DNA of 64,000 bases from a virus (taxonomy: Duplodnaviria; Caudoviricetes), in IMG/VR virus record IMGVR_UViG_3300027819_000006. The stretch is one strand, 5' to 3'. Position 1 is the stretch's first letter. Each line of letters opens with the position of its first letter. A program made the position numbers and the translations under genes. Shown one piece after another: positions 48,850 to 57,839 of the stretch. The notes below the pieces were generated by a model, which was not told where the DNA came from, did no database searches, and saw nothing but the letters and a program-made list of their open reading frames with translations.

Positions 48850-49081
48850 TCCCTACTTTGTAATTAGTTTTAAATTGTTCAAACATATGGCTTAATACAG
48901 AAAACATTAATTCATCTCTTTTATCGCCATCTTGTATTTTTGGAATATTAATTTTTAAAGCTTTTACAAATTCATCAGCTTTTTCATTAATTATATCAGA
49001 AACTCCAGCTTCCCAGCTTTCATTGCCAGGTTCTTTACCAAGCTCTTCTTTAATCAATTTTCTTAGTTGTTTTATAGTCAT
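48800..49081 (-). CDS. small protein with MTIKQLRKLIKEE leader
   Basis: shared motif. Confidence 0.7.
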   Translation of the reverse strand: MTIKQLRKLIKEELGKEPGNESWEAGVSDIINEKADEFVKALKINIPKIQDGDKRDELMFSVLSHMFEQFKTNYKVGNGAISFLKRYTSHFNK

Positions 49082-49149
49082 TGAAATCTCTTTTGTTTTA
49101 GAATGTTTGAGCAGTAGTTTTTTAAAGTACTGCTCAAGTTTGATTCACT

Positions 49150-50208
49150 TTATTTAATCCCTGCCAATTCTTCTAGTCTAGAACCTTCAGATTGTCTGTC
49201 TTCATTCATTTGAGATCTTGTTGACTGTACATTTCTTGAAACTTTTTTGTCTCTTCTTACTGCTGGTCTTACAGAAGCAATACCTTCTTTCAGTGCACTG
49301 TATACTTTCTTCACTTCTAGAATTGTAGAAGCCTCATCAAATCTGTCAATTACTCTTTCTTGTTGTTTTCTGCTCATGGGAGTAGCTTTCAGAAGTTTTG
49401 TAGCATATACAAGTCTTGCATTGAATAGGTTGACCTCATCAATTCTTTTCTTTAGAATTGTCAGAGCTCTTTTGTGTTCAGATAAACTTCTTTTCATCTT
49501 TCTGCTGTTTCTGTATTCTAGTCTTAGTTTTCTGCGAAGAGATTCTTCAACCTTGTCTTCTTCCTCTTCATCATCCTCATCTTTGGTTTCAGATACTGGA
49601 TGTGGTCGCGGTTTGTTTCTACCTCTTCTGCATCTTTCTTCTAGCTCTTCTTTGTCGTCATCATCATCTACAACTTCAATGACTTCATCGTCCTCATCTT
49701 CATCATCCTTTGCTTCATCCATGTCTTCTTCATCATCATCTACTTCCATCATCTCATCAAGATCATCTTCATCTTCGTCTTTTGCCTCTTCCATATCCTC
49801 ATCTTCCTCATCGTCAACTTCTAAAGTAAGAGCTTCATCCATGTCGTCTTCATCATCTTCTTCGTCTTTGTCTTCTGTAACTTCTACTTCGTCATCATCT
49901 TCATCGTCTACAGAAGCTTCCACTACATGATAAGGACCTGGATCACCGTCACCTTCTTTTGAAAGATGTTCTTGAGCTTCTGCATCTTCAGGATCACCAT
50001 CTTTTGGATTTTTTCTCTTCTGCTCGCCATCTGCATCATAACCCTTAGGTTGGTCTGCATTAATAGCAAGTTCTTCATTGATAGTTCTTGATAGTTTTGA
50101 TTGAAGTTGGCTTTTCATAGCTTCGGCTAAAGTTGATTTAGCTGATTCTAGAGCTACTTCTTTCATTTTCTTTGCTGATCTGATTGCATCTTTTACGATA
50201 TCTGCCAT
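49150..50208 (-). CDS. gp22: prohead scaffold protein (T4 gp22-like), very acidic centre
   Basis: immediately upstream of MCP; A..AK..L.EA N-terminus, EVNLFNARLVY...FDEA..I.EVK C-terminus, ends ELAGIK. Confidence 0.8.
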   Translation of the reverse strand: MADIVKDAIRSAKKMKEVALESAKSTLAEAMKSQLQSKLSRTINEELAINADQPKGYDADGEQKRKNPKDGDPEDAEAQEHLSKEGDGDPGPYHVVEASVDDEDDDEVEVTEDKDEEDDEDDMDEALTLEVDDEEDEDMEEAKDEDEDDLDEMMEVDDDEEDMDEAKDDEDEDDEVIEVVDDDDDKEELEERCRRGRNKPRPHPVSETKDEDDEEEEDKVEESLRRKLRLEYRNSRKMKRSLSEHKRALTILKKRIDEVNLFNARLVYATKLLKATPMSRKQQERVIDRFDEASTILEVKKVYSALKEGIASVRPAVRRDKKVSRNVQSTRSQMNEDRQSEGSRLEELAGIK

Positions 50209-50270
50209 CTGTTAAATCTCCATTTGTTTTTGTTTAAATTGTTATACTTGAAACAGTTACATTTTCATAA

Positions 50271-50280
50271 TATAAATATA
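50271..50280 (-). promoter_or_regulatory. putative late promoter TATATTTATA
   Basis: upstream of scaffold and MCP. Confidence 0.6.
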
Positions 50281-50310
50281 CATGAATTTTAAGAAAAGAC
50301 ATTTTATAGT

Positions 50311-50569
50311 TTAAAATTTATTATCTGGATGGTTTATTTTAATATTCAAAAATCCTTCTAATTTATCCATAGATTCTACTGCGGTTTTATAAAATTTGTC
50401 TGCTGTAGATCTATCATTTGGACCAAGTTTAGCAACAAAGTCTTCTATCAAATCATAATATTCGTTTTTTACATCTTCTAATCTGTCATAAAGTGTATAT
50501 TCTTTTAAAACTTTCTTTGATTTGTTCAACTCTTCTTTTATCAGCTCTCTCAGTTCTTTTTTTTGTCAT
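50311..50569 (-). CDS. small protein with MTKKELRELIKEE leader; apparent +1 indel in A8 run (50557-50564)
   Basis: removing one A joins ATG 50569 to ORF 50311..50529. Confidence 0.55.
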
Positions 50570-50573
50570 TATT

Positions 50574-51101
50574 CTATTCTCCATTAATTATTATTGTTGC
50601 CACAGTTCCCAAATATTTTACTTTGATCTGAATATCGTCATAGTACCGTAATAATTTATTTCTCATCAATTTTGTCAAATCTTTCATAAAGCTCAAATCT
50701 GATTTAGATCTTGTCTTCTGTTTCTGTTCTTTAAAATCTATTATATAATCATCACACAACCACATGCCTTTGTTGAATGCTGGCATATCTGTTTTGAATT
50801 TTACAATTTTCTTTTTAGGTGCATTATAAACATGTCTCTTCCAACTCTTTACTTTTTTGAATGCTTCTATAGCTTGTACTAATTTGAATTGAACTAATTT
50901 TCTAATTATTCCTCTATGTATTGGCTTGAAGTCATTTCTGTGAAAGTAGAAAGATAGTTCTATATTAGCATCGCTACTACCAAAATATTTAGTACGCACC
51001 TCGATGTGAAAAGGAACATTTATGTCCGATAACTGAAAATCTTCTTTGTCACCTTTTCTGTCAAGAAATAAATCTCTTTTTGCTTCTGATAAATTGATCA
51101 C
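50574..51101 (-). CDS. hypothetical protein
   Basis: 175 aa ORF. Confidence 0.65.
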   Translation of the reverse strand: MINLSEAKRDLFLDRKGDKEDFQLSDINVPFHIEVRTKYFGSSDANIELSFYFHRNDFKPIHRGIIRKLVQFKLVQAIEAFKKVKSWKRHVYNAPKKKIVKFKTDMPAFNKGMWLCDDYIIDFKEQKQKTRSKSDLSFMKDLTKLMRNKLLRYYDDIQIKVKYLGTVATIIINGE

Positions 51102-51286
51102 ATTAGTTCTCTGCCATCTGATGTTTTACGTCTTCTTCTTTTTAGTCTTCTTTTCTGAGATTTTGTAAGGTAAAAATCTGATTTACGTATTTCTTGCATG
51201 CGCCCCTCAAACTTCATCTGTCTTTTAAATCTTTTCAGCAATCCTTCTGCTGATTCATTGTCATATGCTTTTATGTATAAGCTCAT
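51098..51286 (-). CDS. rpsU: ribosomal protein bS21 homologue
   Basis: NESAEGLLKRFKRQ...EIRKSDFYLTKSQKRRLKRRR pattern; location in head module. Confidence 0.8.
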   Translation of the reverse strand: MSLYIKAYDNESAEGLLKRFKRQMKFEGRMQEIRKSDFYLTKSQKRRLKRRRRKTSDGRELM

Positions 51287-51296
51287 TTAGTTCTTT

Positions 51297-51752
51297 CTAT
51301 TGTTTCTTTTTTGGACCATACATCGCATTTGAGATCGCGAATGGATTTGTAGGTTTGGTTTGGCCTGTCTTTTTATCTTTATATGTCTTTGGTATTTGTC
51401 CAGTCTGTACTCCTTTTTTGATTCCTTTTATCATTTTTTCTCTGTCAGCTTCTACATCTTCAGATATTTCTGTATCGCATTCTTCTACAGCATGAGTATG
51501 ATGCATTGCATTTTCCTGAATAAAAGTTTTTATTTCTTCATCTGATATTCCTTGTCTAATTTTTTTATTGAATGCAATTTTTACCATGTTTAGAAGCTCA
51601 TCTTTATCTAATATCCCATTTTCCATATGTAAAGCTATAAATTGAGATATGGCTGATTCTGCCATTTTTCTGAGATTGGGAGATGTAGCTTCTGCAATAG
51701 ATATTTTCGATACTTCTTCTTTTATAATTTGTTTTAATTGTTTTATTGTCAT
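51297..51752 (-). CDS. protein with MTIKQLKQIIKEE leader
   Basis: shared motif; NPFAIS C-terminus. Confidence 0.7.
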   Translation of the reverse strand: MTIKQLKQIIKEEVSKISIAEATSPNLRKMAESAISQFIALHMENGILDKDELLNMVKIAFNKKIRQGISDEEIKTFIQENAMHHTHAVEECDTEISEDVEADREKMIKGIKKGVQTGQIPKTYKDKKTGQTKPTNPFAISNAMYGPKKKQ

Positions 51753-51763
51753 TCATATTTCTC

Positions 51764-52180
51764 TTAATTAAATTTGAACTTGCTTAATGCTTCACATATT
51801 TCTAGTATTTTATCATTCGAATATCCCTTGAGAAATCCGTGCAAATCAATCCAATTACCAGGTCCACCCATAGCATTTGGCGTGATTTTAATGTAACTAT
51901 TTATTCCCAATTTTATAATAACTTCTCCTTTTTCTTTGTATCTGTTTTCATCTACTTTAAATCCCAAAGATGCAAAATGTTCAATAGTATCTGATATTTT
52001 TGCTTCGTCTTTATCTTTTTCTAGAGCATTTATACCAGCTTGATCACCAGCTTTATATAGCTCTTTTTCTTTATTTTTAAGATTTTCTTGTCTAGGTCCA
52101 TTTACAGAAAAATTTACATATTCTTTGAGATTTTTCTTCAATTCTTGTCTTATAGTTTCTCTTAATTGCTTTATTGTCAT
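51764..52180 (-). CDS. protein with MTIKQLRETIRQE leader
   Basis: shared motif. Confidence 0.7.
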   Translation of the reverse strand: MTIKQLRETIRQELKKNLKEYVNFSVNGPRQENLKNKEKELYKAGDQAGINALEKDKDEAKISDTIEHFASLGFKVDENRYKEKGEVIIKLGINSYIKITPNAMGGPGNWIDLHGFLKGYSNDKILEICEALSKFKFN

Positions 52181-52181
52181 T

Positions 52182-52838
52182 CTATTTATCCAAGCTTGCG
52201 ATCAACACATTAGCTTCTTTTTTAACAGCGTCCATAGCTTTTTCTGCTACTCTTGACATTTTTACAAGATTTGCAACTTTGATCCTAAACTCTTTCAAAT
52301 TGTCTGGATCCATTTTCTCTATCTTTTCTGCTATAGCACTCTGAGAAGATCCCACATACCAGTATCCGCTTTTGCTAGTGAGAAGATTAGCTATATTATT
52401 AAATTGTTTTAACCAAGCTTGCCAAGTATTTGCTACTTTTTTAGCTTCTTCTTTGCTCAATCCTTTTGTTTCTAGTCCTGGATCTTTATAAATAGCTTCT
52501 TGTATCATTTTCTTTAATTCTGATCTTGTTATCTGCATTACTTTATTCTCCATAGTTTGTTTGTTTTCTAATTGTATCCATTCAGGTTTCACTCTTATCA
52601 CATCATTACTACCTTCAAAATTTATAAGAGTAGGATCATTATCTACTAGATAAGCTTGTCCATTTCTACTCATATTTTGCAATTGTTGAGGTGCTTTTGC
52701 TGTAATCATAACTTGTCTTTCATTTCTCTTTCGATAATCTTCTCTTCTTCTAAATTGCATTTCTTTAATCTCTTCTGTCTCATATATGTCTAGAAGTCCA
52801 GGTTCGTAGTAGACGTACTTTTTCTTCTTTTTCATCAT
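52182..52838 (-). CDS. protein with internal MQITRSELKKMIQEA motif (possible fusion or internal start)
   Basis: motif at about residue 100. Confidence 0.6.
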   Translation of the reverse strand: MMKKKKKYVYYEPGLLDIYETEEIKEMQFRRREDYRKRNERQVMITAKAPQQLQNMSRNGQAYLVDNDPTLINFEGSNDVIRVKPEWIQLENKQTMENKVMQITRSELKKMIQEAIYKDPGLETKGLSKEEAKKVANTWQAWLKQFNNIANLLTSKSGYWYVGSSQSAIAEKIEKMDPDNLKEFRIKVANLVKMSRVAEKAMDAVKKEANVLIASLDK

Positions 52839-53146
52839 GTTTGTTTGTCAAATAAAATCACAGAATATACTAGTTTTTTATCAAGTAATATTTCTCCTAA
52901 TCCTTTATTTGTTTCTTTTACTACTAATGTTTTTCTATTCACTTTCAATATTTCACCAAAAGAACCATCCATACCTCCTCGAACTGGTATTCCAAATGTA
53001 ACTCTAGTTCCAACTTGATAGTCAAAATTTAATTTATCTTGAACAGAATTAAGTTTAGTTTCATCAATTCCATGATCTTTTGGATTATATTCTTTCAAGC
53101 TTTTAACTTCTTCTTTAATCAGTAATTTAAGTTCTTTTATTGTCAT
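52835..53146 (-). CDS. protein with MTIKELKLLIKEE leader
   Basis: shared motif. Confidence 0.7.
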   Translation of the reverse strand: MTIKELKLLIKEEVKSLKEYNPKDHGIDETKLNSVQDKLNFDYQVGTRVTFGIPVRGGMDGSFGEILKVNRKTLVVKETNKGLGEILLDKKLVYSVILFDKQT

Positions 53147-53156
53147 TTTATATTCC

Positions 53157-53669
53157 TCATTCTAAATAGCGGCTAAAATCTATATTTTCAGGATCTATTT
53201 TTCCAGTAGCTACATCTTCTGCTTTAATTTCTGATACATCTACTACTGGTGTAGACAGTATTCTATTTTCTCTTTCTAATATTTTATTATTTATTCTTTC
53301 TGCTGGATCAACTGCATCCATTACGAGATCAGCAAGCATGTCATTGCCAAACAGTTTCTTGGCTACAGCAGCGCCTTTTTGTCTTGCTGCCATTTCATGC
53401 TGTCTTCTAGCTACAGCTTCTTTTGCTTCTGAAACATTATTGCTACTTGTTTTTTTTGCAGGAACTCTTTCTGAAGGTTCATCATCTTCAAGTTCATCAT
53501 TTTCATATAATGATCTGACTTTCTTACTTCTACTGATAACAGATTCATAGACTAAATCTTTGACTGTAGCTTGGACTTCTTCTTTGATAATTTTTTTTAT
53601 TCTTGGTAACAGAAGTTTTGCTACTTCCAATGCTATATTTTTTGATAATTGTTCTGTACTAACTTTCAT
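53157..53669 (-). CDS. conserved head-module hypothetical protein
   Basis: IKKIIKEEV...LVYES. Confidence 0.7.
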   Translation of the reverse strand: MKVSTEQLSKNIALEVAKLLLPRIKKIIKEEVQATVKDLVYESVISRSKKVRSLYENDELEDDEPSERVPAKKTSSNNVSEAKEAVARRQHEMAARQKGAAVAKKLFGNDMLADLVMDAVDPAERINNKILERENRILSTPVVDVSEIKAEDVATGKIDPENIDFSRYLE

Positions 53670-53676
53670 GTTTATC

Positions 53677-53883
53677 CTATATTAGTATATCTTCTAATGT
53701 TTTCTTCATATCTTGCAACTTATGAAATATATTTATAGCTTTATTATTGTCATTTTCTGCCATTTCTATCATTTTATCTTTGAATTTAGATTCATTTTCC
53801 ATAATTATCGAATGCAAATCTTCTATAGCTTTTATATATTGCTTTGCAAAATGATTCATTTCAAGCAGTTGTCTAAGTTTCAT
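53677..53883 (-). CDS. small protein with MKLRQLLE leader
   Basis: short variant of motif. Confidence 0.6.
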   Translation of the reverse strand: MKLRQLLEMNHFAKQYIKAIEDLHSIIMENESKFKDKMIEMAENDNNKAINIFHKLQDMKKTLEDILI

Positions 53884-53938
53884 TATTTATGCTCTATATA
53901 TTTGTAAATGCTGAATCTATAGCTGCCAATAATGACTG

Positions 53939-54295
53939 CTATACTTCTAATTTTACTACATCTTTATCAGTTATTCTAGAAATAGCTCCTTTATATTTAT
54001 TAATTAGAGAAACTACTGACTTGCTAGTTGCTGCATATAAAGTTTCTAAATCTGTTGGAAAATTATTTTTAAATGTTTCATCTTGCGATTTAGCCAATTC
54101 TGTTGCAAAACTTTGCTGAATCTTTGTACCGGTAGTAACTATTTTTTGTGCAGCAATTTTGACAGCAGATGTACCAACTTTCTGTCCAAGTCTTCCAATA
54201 GCTTTTAAATAATCCATTGGACCTTCTTGAAGCTGATCTTGCAACTCTTTTCTTACAACCTTTCTTAATTCTTGTTCAGTTATAGTTTTCTTCAT
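53939..54295 (-). CDS. protein with TITEQELRKVVRKE leader
   Basis: shared motif. Confidence 0.65.
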   Translation of the reverse strand: MKKTITEQELRKVVRKELQDQLQEGPMDYLKAIGRLGQKVGTSAVKIAAQKIVTTGTKIQQSFATELAKSQDETFKNNFPTDLETLYAATSKSVVSLINKYKGAISRITDKDVVKLEV

Positions 54296-54546
54296 CTCTT
54301 TTTAGCTCCAATTATTTGCATGTTTTTTGCTTCGTGTTCCATGTCTCTAAGATTCTTGATCAGAATGTTAGAGTTCTCTTTATTTTTCAGCATTAAATTT
54401 GTTATAGTTTTATCTATTCTTCTCTTGCTTGAATCAAAAGTAGTTTTATCACATCTCATAATCATTCTAAAAACTTCTTTTATGTCGTTGTTTATAATGT
54501 TGTAGTTGTTGATGATTATATCTATAAGCTGATCAGTTGTTTTCAT
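54292..54546 (-). CDS. hypothetical protein
   Basis: ORF track. Confidence 0.55.
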   Translation of the reverse strand: MKTTDQLIDIIINNYNIINNDIKEVFRMIMRCDKTTFDSSKRRIDKTITNLMLKNKENSNILIKNLRDMEHEAKNMQIIGAKKR

Positions 54547-54838
54547 GTTTTTCTATAAAGTTTTTCACTGCATAAATATCATTTACGTCACCATCTTCAA
54601 TTGCTGAATTCAGTTCATTTGATAGCTCTCTAGACGTTTCTGATTCTCCGAATTTATTAAATATTAAGTCTATTCCCTGTTTCATCAAGTCTTTCTTCTG
54701 CTCATCTTCATAGTAGTCATTAGGGTCCGCTTTCCAATTAGATATACCAGTTACTTGCAAGTATCCAGATGTATTCCATGTAGAGAAAGTTGGAGTATCT
54801 TCTTTGAGCAAAAGTTTTATGACTTGTCTAAGCAGCAT
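54533..54838 (-). CDS. protein with MLLRQVIKLLLKE leader
   Basis: shared motif. Confidence 0.6.
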   Translation of the reverse strand: MLLRQVIKLLLKEDTPTFSTWNTSGYLQVTGISNWKADPNDYYEDEQKKDLMKQGIDLIFNKFGESETSRELSNELNSAIEDGDVNDIYAVKNFIEKHENN

Positions 54839-55256
54839 CTTCTTGTTTCTCCAAATCTATATTTATGTATTTCTTAGAAATTGCAATCACTTTCTTCAAG
54901 TCTCTAAAACTCTCTACTCCATCAAAAACCATGTTGCCTCTGTCTACAGGCTTCTTCTCATTCTTAAATTTAATTAGTGCCCATGCATATACATGTTTAT
55001 ATTTTGCTACTTGAAATTCATATCTGATCATAGAATCTTCTGAATACCATTTCCATAACATGATACCAGGATGCTGTTCAGTGTTTAAGTTAGTCATTTT
55101 ACTGCCAGCAGCATGTAGAAGTCTGTATTCTTCTTTTGTGAACATGAGCTGATGGCCAAATTTAGCATCTATAACTTTGAAGTAGAGAATTTGTCCAGAT
55201 AATATAGCTGAAGATAGTTTTAATTCATTGACAAAATACAGGATTTTTAGTTTCAT
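54828..55256 (-). CDS. hypothetical protein
   Basis: ORF track. Confidence 0.6.
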   Translation of the reverse strand: MKLKILYFVNELKLSSAILSGQILYFKVIDAKFGHQLMFTKEEYRLLHAAGSKMTNLNTEQHPGIMLWKWYSEDSMIRYEFQVAKYKHVYAWALIKFKNEKKPVDRGNMVFDGVESFRDLKKVIAISKKYINIDLEKQEDAA

Positions 55257-55630
55257 TTCTTTTTTGGCTCCATAATTTCGTACACTGCTACATTTCCTGA
55301 TTTTAATATTTCTGCATCTAGTGGCATTGTTTCTTTTTCTGTGGGATCATTTAAGTCCCAGTATTGAAGCATGGGTTGACCTTTGACATTCACAAACCCT
55401 AGAGCTCTGATTTCATAGTAGTAGCCGCCTTTCTTGGGATTTTGTACAATTAAATAGTTGAGATCTTTGGCAATGTGATAGACAGAGTGGATACGTTTGA
55501 GACGAGATTTGTTGATATGGATGTCGTAGGATGAGATCCACGAAGAAGCGTCGTCATAAGCAATTTCAGATAAATTTGTAGGTAAAAGAGATTTTAAAGT
55601 AGTCATCATTAATTTTATATTATTCTCCAA
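55253..55630 (-). CDS. hypothetical protein (TLKSLL...LSE leader-like)
   Basis: ORF track. Confidence 0.6.
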   Translation of the reverse strand: MENNIKLMMTTLKSLLPTNLSEIAYDDASSWISSYDIHINKSRLKRIHSVYHIAKDLNYLIVQNPKKGGYYYEIRALGFVNVKGQPMLQYWDLNDPTEKETMPLDAEILKSGNVAVYEIMEPKKK

Positions 55631-56563
55631 GAAAAATCAACTTCATCTTGCCAGATACGGACAATTCTGTAGCCCAAATCTTTGGCAATATCATTTTTAT
55701 GTTCATCACATTTAATTCTCATTTCTGCATTAGGAGGGTGTTTTCTTCCAGGTTTACAATGCCAATAGACCCCATCAACTTCCACCAATATGTTAAAATC
55801 TGGCAAATAGAAATCATAATATCTGTTCTCTTCGGGGTAGACTGATCTTAAATTGCTTCTGATATCTTATATTGCTGTCAATGAAATGTTGCTCTACTTG
55901 TTTTTCGCATGTAGTTTCTTTGAATATTTTAACATTTTTGCCAAACATTGGATTGCCAGAACCTTTTCGAGCTTCAGACATTCTAGCTATTCTTTCATCT
56001 GTTTCTTTTGTCAATCCATTATTCCACGATTTAGTTTTTCCAGATGCTAAATTTTCTTTTCTGGTTTTTATTGATTTATCTATAGAATTTTTTAATTTGG
56101 GACTAGTTTCGACAGTCAATCCAGTTTGCCAAGGTTTATTACCTTTTGGAAATCTATAATTTATTCCATTTTCATTATTGTATTTTAAAGAACATGGATG
56201 ACCACAAAATTTATGACATTTATTGTTTTTGATATTTGCAACATTCTCAAACCAATTATTACAATTTAAACATTTAGTGTAGCATTCAAACCATCTTTTA
56301 GCTTTACTAGGTTTTCCTCTTAAAGTATAAGATGTTGAGCAACTAGAAGAGCAACACTTACTATAATTTCCGTTAATATGTATAGTATTATCAAACCATT
56401 TATTACAATTCAAGCATTTTGTAGAGCAGTAAAAACTTTTATTTTTTGTGGGATAATATGGAAACATTTCTTTATATTGTTCATTTGTTATCTGGTGTTT
56501 ATCTCTTAAATGACTATTAGTTAGCGATTTAAATTCTTTTCTACATATAGCACATTCTATCAT
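55615..56563 (-). pseudogene. HEG (Cys repeats, DUF559-like nuclease) split by +1 C in CCCC (55834-55837)
   Basis: removing one C gives LPEENRYYDFYLPDFNILVEVDGVYWH. Confidence 0.78.
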
Positions 56564-56570
56564 TTTATTT

Positions 56571-56643
56571 CTCCTGTTAGATTTTTAAGGGAGTCAGATT
56601 AAACAGGTAATCTGATTAAGAGGTAATTAGTCTCAGCTCCCTT
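56571..56643 (-). promoter_or_regulatory. structured intergenic RNA upstream of HEG
   Basis: AAGGGAG/CUCCCUU outer stem, UCAGAUUA/UAAUCUGA inner hairpin, loop CCUGUU complementary to AACAGG at the RBS. Confidence 0.5.
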
Positions 56644-56649
56644 GTTTAT

Positions 56650-57264
56650 TTATTTTAAGTTCAGTATTTCATTTAGAATTTCGTCTAGTAAGATTAGACG
56701 ATTTGATTCTGTAAGTATTCTATAATCTTTTGATTCTCTTAAATTCATAAATGCTCCAGATGTTGATGGATTTCCTACTGCATCAAATGCTATTAAGCTT
56801 AAAGATTCATCAACAACATCAATACCATTAGAATTTCTTTTTGTTTCTCCAAGACATCTACTAGATATTCCCAATTTTATGTTTCTTTCTACTAATTTAG
56901 CCAATATATTTCCTTTGGGAGTATCTAATACTTCTAATTCTCCATATAAATTGTCGCCTTCCCAGAATGTCTTTGTAAATAAATGCGAAACATTCTGCAA
57001 TTCTACACAAGAACTAGAGGGATGATCAAGTTCTCCTAAAGCTCGTCTGTCCTTGATCAACTCCTGATATTTCTTATCCTCCCGTTCCAAGATGCTGCGA
57101 GGATATAGACGCCCATTAGCATTTACTTTATTGGCTATTTGAATAATCCCTTCCATCTTTAAAATCCCATCAGAACTAGTTGAAGGGTGTATGTCGCCAT
57201 GTTCAAATAACATGAACTCTCTCAATAGCTTTCTACTATCTGCTGTATTTTTTTTATCTTCCAT
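56650..57264 (-). CDS. gp21: prohead core protease (T4 gp21-like)
   Basis: NANGRLYP, ALGELDHP, VSH, DTPKG, LGISSR..G, FDAVGNPS. Confidence 0.96.
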   Translation of the reverse strand: MEDKKNTADSRKLLREFMLFEHGDIHPSTSSDGILKMEGIIQIANKVNANGRLYPRSILEREDKKYQELIKDRRALGELDHPSSSCVELQNVSHLFTKTFWEGDNLYGELEVLDTPKGNILAKLVERNIKLGISSRCLGETKRNSNGIDVVDESLSLIAFDAVGNPSTSGAFMNLRESKDYRILTESNRLILLDEILNEILNLK

Positions 57265-57282
57265 ATATTATTCTCCTTTTTC

Positions 57283-57561
57283 TTAATGTAATGTCTTTGC
57301 AACATTTTCAAATTCCTCTATTGCCAGTGCTAACTGATTATTTGCTTCACTCATATGACCAGTAGCTTTTAAAGTAGCATCTTTTCCTTTTTCTGTTGCT
57401 TGCCACATGAGAAATTTGATTTCTTTTAAATGCTTGTTCAGTTCTCTGATATAGTGATTGCAGTCATCTTTTGTAAATGGTATAGGATTGCTGAACATTA
57501 TAGCTTCTTTGATAAGCTTTCTAAGTTCCGATTTAGTTATTTTCATTGTATTATATCTCAT
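57283..57561 (-). CDS. protein with MKITKSELRKLIKEA leader
   Basis: shared motif. Confidence 0.7.
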   Translation of the reverse strand: MRYNTMKITKSELRKLIKEAIMFSNPIPFTKDDCNHYIRELNKHLKEIKFLMWQATEKGKDATLKATGHMSEANNQLALAIEEFENVAKTLH

Positions 57562-57839
57562 TTCACCACATGTATATTATAGCTTGTCTTTTCATTTACA
57601 TCTATGACTAAATCATACATCTTACTTTTATCATTTGCATCGGTAAGATGAGCAGTAATTATTATTTGCTGAGGACCTTGATAGTTAAGTGTGAAATCTC
57701 CATTTGTTACCATTTTGCCAAGATCTTCTACTTTTATAGATTTCCATGTATGCTGAGACTTTTCTTTTGCTTTGCTTTTATCTGCTTGTTTGAGCTCAGC
57801 TTCTACAAGCTGTCGTATTTGTTTTCTAGTTATTGTCAT
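57558..57839 (-). CDS. protein with MTITRKQIRQLVEAE leader
   Basis: shared motif. Confidence 0.7.
   Translation of the reverse strand: MTITRKQIRQLVEAELKQADKSKAKEKSQHTWKSIKVEDLGKMVTNGDFTLNYQGPQQIIITAHLTDANDKSKMYDLVIDVNEKTSYNIHVVK

Noticed and set aside
49247-49930. 227-aa plus-strand poly-Ser ORF
   Set aside because: Antisense shadow of the Asp/Glu codon tract in the scaffold gene
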